From: an uncultured virus (IMG/VR IMGVR_UViG_3300016474_000883)
Lineage: Duplodnaviria > Heunggongvirae > Uroviricota > Caudoviricetes
DNA: 64,000 nucleotides
IMG/VR virus record: IMGVR_UViG_3300016474_000883
Strand: one strand, 5' to 3'
In this document: positions 56,586 through 64,000 of the stretch, piece by piece
Numbering within the stretch: position 1 is the stretch's first letter
How the letters are laid out: each line of letters opens with the position of its first letter
The notes under the pieces: model-generated
The model's input: the letters and a program-made list of their open reading frames with translations, nothing else
What the model was told of the DNA's origin: nothing
Database searches by the model: none
Program-made: the position numbers and the translations under genes

Positions 56586-57278
56586 TTAAGAATTTTGCTT
56601 GTAATTAGAAGCTAATTCTACTGATTTAAAATATTCAGCTCTAACTTCTGGTTTAGTCATGAATACTCCTGTAAGGTGGTTAGTGACCATGACTGATCCT
56701 TGGTGGTTAGTACCACGGCATGAAACACATTGGTGTTCACCAACTATAGTAACAGCTACTCCTATATTACCTTCACATACTTTATCTACAGCTTGATGAA
56801 TAGCTATAGTAAGCTGTTCTTGGATAGCTCCTCGACGACCAAAGTGCTCTACAAGACGGTTTAATTTTGATAAACCAATTACTCTTGCTTCTTCACCAGG
56901 AATATAAGCTATGTGTACTTTACCTAAAATAGTTTCATGGTGATGACTACACATACTGATCAATGGTATATTGGTTTGTAATACCATTCCAGCATATCCA
57001 TCGCTAGGAAAAGATGTGATTTCAGGAGGAGCATTATATCTACCTTTCCATTGTTCCATGTACTTCTTAGCTACACGACGAGGTGTATCAGCAGAGTTAG
57101 GATCATTTTTCCAATCGCATTTTAATGCTGTTAAAAAGTTACCAAAATGCTCAGTAGCTTCTTCAATCATTTGTTGTTTTTCCTCATTTGTTAGAGGTCT
57201 ATCAGCTGCTGAACCATTAGCAAAACCTGTAGGGACACATTCAATGTCATTGTGAAATTTTTTTCTATTATTTTCCAT
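56586..57278 (-). CDS. folE: GTP cyclohydrolase I
   Basis: TP.RVAK, SMC.HH, GLSKL.R, QE.LT, H.C...RG. Confidence 0.95.
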   Translation of the reverse strand: MENNRKKFHNDIECVPTGFANGSAADRPLTNEEKQQMIEEATEHFGNFLTALKCDWKNDPNSADTPRRVAKKYMEQWKGRYNAPPEITSFPSDGYAGMVLQTNIPLISMCSHHHETILGKVHIAYIPGEEARVIGLSKLNRLVEHFGRRGAIQEQLTIAIHQAVDKVCEGNIGVAVTIVGEHQCVSCRGTNHQGSVMVTNHLTGVFMTKPEVRAEYFKSVELASNYKQNS

Positions 57279-57302
57279 ATAACCTAATATAATTTAATAT
57301 TT

Positions 57303-57812
57303 TTAGATTGCCAAAATATATGGCAAACTTCTTTTTCTACCCTCTTCATCATCCATTCCATAGCCAACTACCCATTCATCATGAATCTCAAAACCATAAA
57401 GTGAATTTATAGGCATATCTACTTCATTGATGGCTCGTTTAATTAGTGTTACAACACCAACTCCAGAGGCACCTAAATCCATAAATTGATTTTTAAGTAC
57501 TTGCATTGTTAAACCTGTGTCATAGATGTCATCTATAATATAGACAAACTTGTTTTTAACATCTAAAGATGAAGGAATAATAATTTCAGGCACTTCATGT
57601 TCTCTACCTTTATAAGATTTTACTCTAATAAAGTCACATTGTGGGTCTAAAAGAGCTAGTTGGTCAACTAGCTTAGAGTAAAACATAAAACCACCATTTA
57701 GTACTCCAACTAATACAATTGGATTACTTTCTTCTTTATGGCGGTTAAGGATTTGAACACCGATTTCTTTAATTCGATTTTCAATTTGGGATTTTTCAAA
57801 TAATACTTTCAT
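57303..57812 (-). CDS. hpt: hypoxanthine-guanine phosphoribosyltransferase-like protein
   Basis: VL.GGFMF, IIDDIYDTGLT PRPP loop, WVVGYGMD. Confidence 0.9.
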   Translation of the reverse strand: MKVLFEKSQIENRIKEIGVQILNRHKEESNPIVLVGVLNGGFMFYSKLVDQLALLDPQCDFIRVKSYKGREHEVPEIIIPSSLDVKNKFVYIIDDIYDTGLTMQVLKNQFMDLGASGVGVVTLIKRAINEVDMPINSLYGFEIHDEWVVGYGMDDEEGRKRSLPYILAI

Positions 57813-58071
57813 ATAGACTTTTTATCATGGTTGCTCCTGGGTAATGTCTTAATTTGCCTTTGTTGGCTAGAATAAGATGAGGATAATAATCTACCTCATA
57901 CTCTTCTTCTAATTCAGTATTTTCATTAATTCGAATTAGTCTAAGGTTAAGTTTGGTAGCAATCTTTTGAACCATAGGATTTGCTACTTTGCAACCACCA
58001 CACCAATCAGCGTAGAAAAATAGTATTACATTTTCTTTTTCTACTGTTTCTTTTAGTAATTTTTTATCCAT
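57796..58071 (-). CDS. thioredoxin-like protein
   Basis: FYADWCGGC, cis-Pro YYP. Confidence 0.85.
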   Translation of the reverse strand: MDKKLLKETVEKENVILFFYADWCGGCKVANPMVQKIATKLNLRLIRINENTELEEEYEVDYYPHLILANKGKLRHYPGATMIKSLYESII

Positions 58072-58072
58072 A

Positions 58073-58855
58073 TTATACTTCTCGTTTAGTGTCAAAAGCA
58101 ATTATATGTTCTCTACCTGTAAAGTTATATCCATTGTCTCTACAGAAATCCATCACCATAGGATAAACTCGAATTAATTCCTCTCTTGTATCACCAGGAG
58201 GCATAATCCATGTTTTACGTTTTGAGATATCCATCTCATGTCTAAATGTTTCTATTTCTTCCCATACTTCAGGCATTTCAATAGGATTGCATACTGGTTT
58301 GAAGTGAAAATCATCATGGTATTCAATCATTTTTTGAATTGCTTCTTTATTAAGACGCAATTTGTTATGTTGGCCTATCATTTTTTGATCCACTTCTTTA
58401 CCTTGCGGTGTAGATATTCCAATCCTAGGATTGCTATTGCTAAACTTAGGAGATAAAGATACCAAGCCGATTGGATAGTCTGTTTCAATAAAATGTGAAC
58501 CTTCTGTTTCTATTGTTATAAATATACCTTGCTTATATGCAAAATGAGTAAGTTCGTTAACAAGATCAGGATGCATTGTTGGTGAACCACCTGTTAACAT
58601 CATTTCTCTTGCGTGTGGGTATTTATTATACATTGCAATTATATCATTAAATGTATATTTACCTTTTTCAGGATGAATTGAGGTGTACCATGAATCACAC
58701 CATCCACCTTCTCCAAACCAACATCTGTGAGTACAGCCTGTAGTTCTAATAACAATAGTAGGCATTCCGGCTCTACTACCTTCACTTTGTACTGCGGGGT
58801 ATAGTTCTACAATTGGTAGCACTTTGTTATAATCAGTTATTCTTCCTGGTTTCAT
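58073..58855 (-). CDS. queE: 7-carboxy-7-deazaguanine synthase (radical SAM)
   Basis: Q.EG, R..GC..RC...WCDS, TGG.P, ET.G, SPK. Confidence 0.9.
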   Translation of the reverse strand: MKPGRITDYNKVLPIVELYPAVQSEGSRAGMPTIVIRTTGCTHRCWFGEGGWCDSWYTSIHPEKGKYTFNDIIAMYNKYPHAREMMLTGGSPTMHPDLVNELTHFAYKQGIFITIETEGSHFIETDYPIGLVSLSPKFSNSNPRIGISTPQGKEVDQKMIGQHNKLRLNKEAIQKMIEYHDDFHFKPVCNPIEMPEVWEEIETFRHEMDISKRKTWIMPPGDTREELIRVYPMVMDFCRDNGYNFTGREHIIAFDTKREV

Positions 58856-58902
58856 AAGTATAAATAAAATTAATGTTATAGGTTGGGGTTGAGGTATAGT
58901 AA

Positions 58903-59379
58903 TTATTCTTCATAGATAGATGAGTTGTTATCATTTTCAAAGCATTCTACTTTAATACATTTACATCTACCAGCATCAGTATTAGCTAATACTTTATTAA
59001 AATGTTCATATACTAAACGAGCACAACTTTCAGCTCCCATTCGTTCAAGAAAATGCACTTTAGCTAATCCCATTTGACCTAACTGTTCAAATACATCAGC
59101 ATATGGATCATCTTTTTGAATTAACAAAGTATGGTCCCACATATGGTTCATCCAATCTTTTAAACCATTACCTTGAGGTGGTGTTTTAAATCCACCATAA
59201 TCAACAATCCAGTTCATATCATCTAACTGTTTGTCAATATCTGGTTCATTAGAGGCAAACCATACTTTGAATTTTAGAGCATAACCATGAAGTAGCTGGC
59301 AGTGTGAATGTTGTGCTTTCCATTGTCTAATTGCTACTGAGTAGTTTTCAAATAATTTTGTTGAGATATATCTAGCCAT
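58903..59379 (-). CDS. queD: 6-carboxytetrahydropterin synthase
   Basis: HC..LHGY, VD.G, DH, AE. Confidence 0.88.
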   Translation of the reverse strand: MARYISTKLFENYSVAIRQWKAQHSHCQLLHGYALKFKVWFASNEPDIDKQLDDMNWIVDYGGFKTPPQGNGLKDWMNHMWDHTLLIQKDDPYADVFEQLGQMGLAKVHFLERMGAESCARLVYEHFNKVLANTDAGRCKCIKVECFENDNNSSIYEE

Positions 59380-59385
59380 ATTATT

Positions 59386-59646
59386 TTATTTTACGATATC
59401 TTCATATGCTTGCCAAACTACTTTATCAGAAATTTGACCATTTTCATCAGTTTCAGTTTCACCTGTAGGCATTGCTAATAAAACATTATAGTTTTCATCT
59501 CGACCAATGGCTACAAAACCAAAACCTTCACAGATCATAGGTACATAATGATTTGGGTCTAATTGATTTGATACTTCTTCAATACAAAAATCCCATCCAT
59601 ATTCAGGGTCATTAATCTGAGCCCACTGTTTACTAAATTCAGCCAT
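59386..59646 (-). CDS. hypothetical protein
   Basis: MAEFSKQ and ICEGFG motifs. Confidence 0.65.
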   Translation of the reverse strand: MAEFSKQWAQINDPEYGWDFCIEEVSNQLDPNHYVPMICEGFGFVAIGRDENYNVLLAMPTGETETDENGQISDKVVWQAYEDIVK

Positions 59647-59893
59647 AATTTAAAAAGTCTATAATTTGATTAAATGATTTTACACCTGTAAATCTACGAA
59701 CCTCTTGTCCGTTTTCTACCAATACCACTGTAGGAATATTTCTTATCTGGGCTGACTCAATAACAGATGGGTCAGCATAGTCAATATTAATTTTACGGAT
59801 AGGTATTTGCTTGCTAACTTGATCCATAATTGGACCTAGTGTTTCACATGGTTTACACCATCCTGCGGAATAGTAAAATAATTCTTTACTCAT
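59639..59893 (-). CDS. thioredoxin-like protein
   Basis: SAGWCKPC, IRNIPT. Confidence 0.88.
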   Translation of the reverse strand: MSKELFYYSAGWCKPCETLGPIMDQVSKQIPIRKINIDYADPSVIESAQIRNIPTVVLVENGQEVRRFTGVKSFNQIIDFLNYG

Positions 59894-60007
59894 ACTAATT
59901 CCTCCAATATACCTAAAATTTCACTACTAACTAAAAATATAACAGCTGTAATTGGGTCTACTAGTAAAGCTAAATAACCTGTAATTCGTAAAGCTGATTT
60001 AGTAAAA

Positions 60008-60196
60008 CTAATTTTCTGATGTTTCTTCGGATCTGGGTGTTGCATTTTGTTCTTGGTTTAATTTTTCTAAATGAGCTTGAAGTGCACTAGTATAAAGTTT
60101 TTCATATGCACGTTGAGCAGTTGCAATATTTGTATTACGTTTTGCTACTCGTTTGTTGTGGGCTTTTTTCCCACCTCGTTTTTTAGATGTTGGCAT
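60008..60196 (-). CDS. small basic protein
   Basis: SKKRGGKKAH.KRV..RN. Confidence 0.55.
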   Translation of the reverse strand: MPTSKKRGGKKAHNKRVAKRNTNIATAQRAYEKLYTSALQAHLEKLNQEQNATPRSEETSEN

Positions 60197-61070
60197 GATT
60201 TTCTAATATTTGTTTAACATGATTTGTTACCATTTTCCAAGTTGTAGGACCTTCTTCCGCATCAGCATATTCTACTGGGTCTGGTTTTCCTAATTTCATA
60301 AATGCTTCAATACGTTCTACAGATGATGCTGATTTATAATCTGAATACCATTTAGAGCGAATTTCACCATTTACATCTGTCCAAGTCCAATAAATAGGTT
60401 TATATGATGTGTTAGTACGTTTATATACTTCATCAAAATTTAACTTTAAACAATCACAATATTTATCACCATCTCCTAATATACCAAATTTATCAGTATC
60501 AAGATAAGGTGTATAATGATATACTTTTTCAGCTCCCCAATTGCCTTGTTTAAATGCTTCAAAATCAGCATCTCTAAATTCTTGACGACAATCAGGATAG
60601 ATAGCATGATCACCAGCATGAATACCCATTGCAATAGCACATTCAGTATTCTTTTGCTCAGCAATTGATAATGCTACTGCTTGAATAATAGAACTAAAGA
60701 TTTTATTACGATTAGGAACTACTGTTGCTTTCATATTTTCTTCAGCATAGTGTCCTTCAGGTACTTCTTCACCTCCAGTTACTAATGCTGAATTAAGTAG
60801 TTGTTGTAATCCATCAAGTTTAATTACTTGGTGTTTTACTAGTGGATAAATTTCTTCAAATCCATTTGGAGCATGATCATGATGAAATAAACGATTTGGA
60901 TTGTTGTTAATATACTTAACTAAATCCTTAGCACGTTCTAGTTCAACATTATGTTTTTGTCCATAATCAAATGATAACGCTGTTACTTCATAGCCATTGG
61001 CGAGTAGATGAAGCAGCAATGTGGAGCTATCCATTCCTCCACTTAGGGATAATACTGCTTGTTTTTTCAT
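60183..61070 (-). CDS. queC: 7-cyano-7-deazaguanine synthase
   Basis: SGGMDSST, FDYGQKH..E, VPNRN, YPDCR..F; lacks the usual C-terminal Zn cysteines. Confidence 0.93.
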   Translation of the reverse strand: MKKQAVLSLSGGMDSSTLLLHLLANGYEVTALSFDYGQKHNVELERAKDLVKYINNNPNRLFHHDHAPNGFEEIYPLVKHQVIKLDGLQQLLNSALVTGGEEVPEGHYAEENMKATVVPNRNKIFSSIIQAVALSIAEQKNTECAIAMGIHAGDHAIYPDCRQEFRDADFEAFKQGNWGAEKVYHYTPYLDTDKFGILGDGDKYCDCLKLNFDEVYKRTNTSYKPIYWTWTDVNGEIRSKWYSDYKSASSVERIEAFMKLGKPDPVEYADAEEGPTTWKMVTNHVKQILENHANI

Positions 61071-61339
61071 TAATTATATTTTTTATATAAGGTTTCTAAT
61101 ACTTGAATATCTTCATTACTCATTTGATAGTAATTTTTAGATAAAGCGTCACACATGTTAATATGTTCTTGCTCTAGCAATGATGCTTGAGATGCTTTAT
61201 GTTTAAAAACTTGAGTTTGGTTTAAATGACCATCTTCAATAAGAGCATCAATAAGTTCTTTAATATCCCCAGAATCACATTCTGAGAGGAATTCATCTAC
61301 TGAAATGTCTACTTCGGTGTCTGAGTAAAAATAGGGCAT
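61070..61339 (-). CDS. hypothetical protein
   Basis: 89-aa acidic ORF. Confidence 0.6.
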   Translation of the reverse strand: MPYFYSDTEVDISVDEFLSECDSGDIKELIDALIEDGHLNQTQVFKHKASQASLLEQEHINMCDALSKNYYQMSNEDIQVLETLYKKYN

Positions 61340-61357
61340 AACTTTTTATTATTAAAT

Positions 61358-62143
61358 TTATATTCCGTTAATTGTTCTAAAATATTTAGTATTTAAAATA
61401 ACTTTTCCAATCTGTGATTTATCAAATTTACTATCTATGACTTCATCAATTTTAGTTTTAGGTTTTTGATCTAAACCATATGGTTCATAGAGTGTACCTT
61501 CAATAGCAGCCATAATAGGATTTGATGTGTCAATTGTAGTAATAAAAGGCATATTCCTATAATGAGCAAATTCTTGTGGAATAGCACATCCTAATAAATG
61601 AACATTATCTGTTTCTTTAATAACACCTTGATTATACAATTTACTTACAACATATACTCTACCTACTGCTGTTGCTACAGCTGGAGTTGGGTGTGGAAAT
61701 TCATTTTGATAGTAAGCAGCACCATATGAAAATGCTATTTTTCTATATCCTAATGATTTATATTTTTGATAGCATTCTGCTGCTTCATAAAAACTTTTAG
61801 CTTGTACTACAGCTACTTTAAGAGTATGAGATGGAAGTTCAATTTTAGTCCATTCAGCAGCATTTTGAATTGATGCTTCCATATCTTCCCATACATCAGG
61901 AACAATAAATTCATTTGGTTGTAGTTCATTAATCCAATACATTAAACGATCAGTATCATAAGCATGACCTAATTCATGTAATGAATTATCCATAATGATA
62001 TAACGATTATTTTCTTTAGCCCATCTAAAGTATTTTTCATACTCTTCATATTTGTCTAGCAAATGAGGTAGACAATAATCATAATCATTAAAACTTTTAG
62101 ACATTTCTAATAACGATAATGGAACTTCGTGAGATACTTTCAT
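61358..62143 (-). CDS. TGT-fold transglycosylase-like protein (DpdA-like)
   Basis: MDNS..E, IVPD, VVQ, VHLLG, IDTS motifs; heads the que cluster. Confidence 0.7.
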   Translation of the reverse strand: MKVSHEVPLSLLEMSKSFNDYDYCLPHLLDKYEEYEKYFRWAKENNRYIIMDNSLHELGHAYDTDRLMYWINELQPNEFIVPDVWEDMEASIQNAAEWTKIELPSHTLKVAVVQAKSFYEAAECYQKYKSLGYRKIAFSYGAAYYQNEFPHPTPAVATAVGRVYVVSKLYNQGVIKETDNVHLLGCAIPQEFAHYRNMPFITTIDTSNPIMAAIEGTLYEPYGLDQKPKTKIDEVIDSKFDKSQIGKVILNTKYFRTINGI

Positions 62144-62189
62144 AACGATTTAATATAAATATAAAACTTAATTTAGCCAAATGCTCTTT

Positions 62190-62711
62190 TTAATAAGGAA
62201 GTGTGTCTTCTTTTAATCGACTCAACCAATTAGGATACTGTCTAATCACTTCATCTGTAGTACCAAAAGCATGTTTCTCAATAAAATCATCAACATCAGC
62301 TTTAGTACCACCAAATGTTTTGCGAAGACTATTTTTTAGATTTTGCATACGCTCAAACTCATCACGTTGGAAGTCTTGTCTGAGATTTTTTAAGCGTTTG
62401 TTGTAATTAGTTATAATGTCACGTTCTAGTTCTTGTTTTACTGAGAATGTTTTGTCACTGTTGCGAAGCGCAGCAATTTCTTCAGCCATCCACCAATATT
62501 CATAGTTGATATACTTACCATAGGGTGAGTATTCAAAGTCTCCATTTTTACATTTATTCCATATATGTTCTTTATCAGGTAGAAACTTATGAGTAGCATA
62601 TCGTCTATGCCAATAGAAAACATTGAATTTTTTCATTTTTGGTGGTTTGGCAGGAGCCTTGATACCAAATGTAGGATTAAATTCTTGTAAAACTTCTTTA
62701 ACTGTAACCAT
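62190..62711 (-). CDS. hypothetical protein
   Basis: KNGDF..S.Y motif. Confidence 0.65.
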   Translation of the reverse strand: MVTVKEVLQEFNPTFGIKAPAKPPKMKKFNVFYWHRRYATHKFLPDKEHIWNKCKNGDFEYSPYGKYINYEYWWMAEEIAALRNSDKTFSVKQELERDIITNYNKRLKNLRQDFQRDEFERMQNLKNSLRKTFGGTKADVDDFIEKHAFGTTDEVIRQYPNWLSRLKEDTLPY

Positions 62712-62718
62712 ATATTTT

Positions 62719-63009
62719 TTATACTAATTCTTCTGCAAATACTTCTTCAACTAACTCTTCATATAAGTCATCTAGACCTTCTATTTCACGAAACCGTTCA
62801 ATATTAAAATTAGGTTCAACAGGTACACCATTGAGTTTAGCAGTAATTGGATTACGAATTTCTTCTAGTAGTACTCCAACTAAATGTCCTAACTCAATGA
62901 TTTCCCTAATCATGTAGTGATTACCTTTTTTAGGACGGTTAAGTATTTTTTCTAATTGTTCAGTGTTGAATCTATCATCAACACATTCTACTAATGTACC
63001 TATTTTCAT
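62719..63009 (-). CDS. hypothetical SH3-like phage protein
   Basis: G..V.C.DD ... F...RF pattern. Confidence 0.6.
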   Translation of the reverse strand: MKIGTLVECVDDRFNTEQLEKILNRPKKGNHYMIREIIELGHLVGVLLEEIRNPITAKLNGVPVEPNFNIERFREIEGLDDLYEELVEEVFAEELV

Positions 63010-63013
63010 AATT

Positions 63014-63050
63014 TAAATATAACAAAAAAGGCTTGGAAATCCAAGCCTAA
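63014..63050 (-). terminator. terminator overlapping a promoter
   Basis: Minus strand AGGCTTGGA-TT-TCCAAGCCT-TTTTT then TATATTTA. Confidence 0.75.
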
Positions 63051-63073
63051 TTTGAAAAATATTAATTTTTTAA

Positions 63074-63472
63074 TTATGATTTTTCACCATAGAATACATT
63101 AAGTAATGATGAAGTAGTAGTAGCATTGACTGCAGTTACTGTATACCCAGCGCCACTAACATGCAATGGGATCCATGTCCAGTCACCTGGGCGTAAAATC
63201 ACAGCTGAACTACCTGAAGTGTTTGAACCTGTGATATTGAGAGTGACAGTAACAGGAGCAGTTGATGGGGCAGCAGCGTAAAAATACACTGTGGCTGAAG
63301 AGTCAGCGCCAGCTGAAGGTCCATAAAGAATAGTAGATGAACTAGCTGAGATGATTCTATATTGATATTCAGCTGATCCATTGATTGTTTCTGTGGCTGT
63401 TAAACTAACAGAAGCAGGGTTAGGAAATAATGTGGTTGATGATAAAACTGCTTGTGCGGTTAATGTTGGCAT
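63074..63472 (-). CDS. putative virion structural protein (S/T/A-rich, beta-sheet)
   Basis: Ser/Thr/Ala-rich, LRPGDW.W.P; ATATGTATA upstream. Confidence 0.55.
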   Translation of the reverse strand: MPTLTAQAVLSSTTLFPNPASVSLTATETINGSAEYQYRIISASSSTILYGPSAGADSSATVYFYAAAPSTAPVTVTLNITGSNTSGSSAVILRPGDWTWIPLHVSGAGYTVTAVNATTTSSLLNVFYGEKS

Positions 63473-63521
63473 GTTATTTAGGGTTTTATTATATTAGTGT
63501 TTTATTATACATATCACCTCC

Positions 63522-64000
63522 TTAGTAATAAGTTATAGTTGTGTCATCTTCTTCTCTCTTTAATTTTTGGATTAAAGGAGCAGAAGGATGTATATATGGT
63601 TCCTCAGGTTTAGGTTCTTCCACAACAGTAGGTGGAGTATAAATTTGATACTCTTTAGGTGGTTCTTCAGGTACTACTTTAGGTTTTAGTTGATTAAAAG
63701 CGATATTAGCCGCAATTACTAAACATATAGCTAAAGGGTCAAATACAAAAATGATTACAAGTAAAAACCAGTTTATAATTTGATCCATAGGTTTACCTGT
63801 AAGGTTACTTAAATACTTAAGGGGTCCTAATTCGCCTGCTAATTCTGCTTTAGATTCAATTTCTAATATTTTCATATCTAAAGCTGTTATACTATCATTT
63901 GCTGCTATAATTTTATTATCAACTATGTCTTTGTTTTGTAAAGCAGTATTTAATTGAGCTTCAAATGTTTTTCTATTAGCGTTGTTAGCACGAGTAACAA
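63522..64000 (-). CDS. membrane coiled-coil protein (partial; frame open to window end)
   Basis: ELGPLKY, IIFVFDPLAI; no stop in frame up to 64000. Confidence 0.7.
   Translation of the reverse strand, partial: VTRANNANRKTFEAQLNTALQNKDIVDNKIIAANDSITALDMKILEIESKAELAGELGPLKYLSNLTGKPMDQIINWFLLVIIFVFDPLAICLVIAANIAFNQLKPKVVPEEPPKEYQIYTPPTVVEEPKPEEPYIHPSAPLIQKLKREEDDTTITYY

Noticed and set aside
323..62406. Plus-strand ORFs in the track (e.g. 323-526, 584-808, 3241-3714, 3778-4116, 46140-46586)
   Set aside because: They are antisense shadows of minus-strand genes or repeats, with no recognisable motifs or promoters.
1..64000. Stop-codon reassignment, as in some Bacteroidota phages
   Set aside because: Long conserved genes (polB, groEL, thyA, que genes) are intact in the standard code, and no suppressor tRNA is seen.

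Overview
A 64-kb segment of a large, AT-rich dsDNA tailed phage with T4-like replication genes. Nearly all genes are on the minus strand and read in the standard code. The host is most likely Bacteroidota, because the promoters fit the TTTG-N20-TAnnTTT(G/A) type, gene leaders are A-rich without Shine-Dalgarno sites, and one protein has a T9SS-like C-terminal tail. From left to right: (1) 1-10 kb is an early/accessory region of small genes, each with its own near-identical promoter. It also holds two tRNAs, a tRNA-like RNA with a shortened anticodon arm and a repeat-rich, largely non-coding patch. (2) 10.9-17.3 kb holds lysis genes, a lytic transglycosylase and secreted proteins, including a subtilase. 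(3) 17.9-26.8 kb holds thyA, a ClpP-like protease and many hypotheticals. (4) 26.8-43.6 kb is a 17-kb glycosylation cluster with nonulosonic-acid (NeuB/NeuA/NeuD/PseB-like) synthesis and many transferases. (5) 43.6-56.5 kb holds a nuclease, clamp loader, GroEL/GroES, sliding clamp, DNA polymerase B, a MazG-like enzyme and GIY-YIG endonucleases. (6) 56.6-62.1 kb is a 7-deazaguanine cluster (folE, queE, queD, queC, DpdA/TGT-like) with an embedded purine phosphoribosyltransferase. All calls come from motif reading by eye; no database searches were run.
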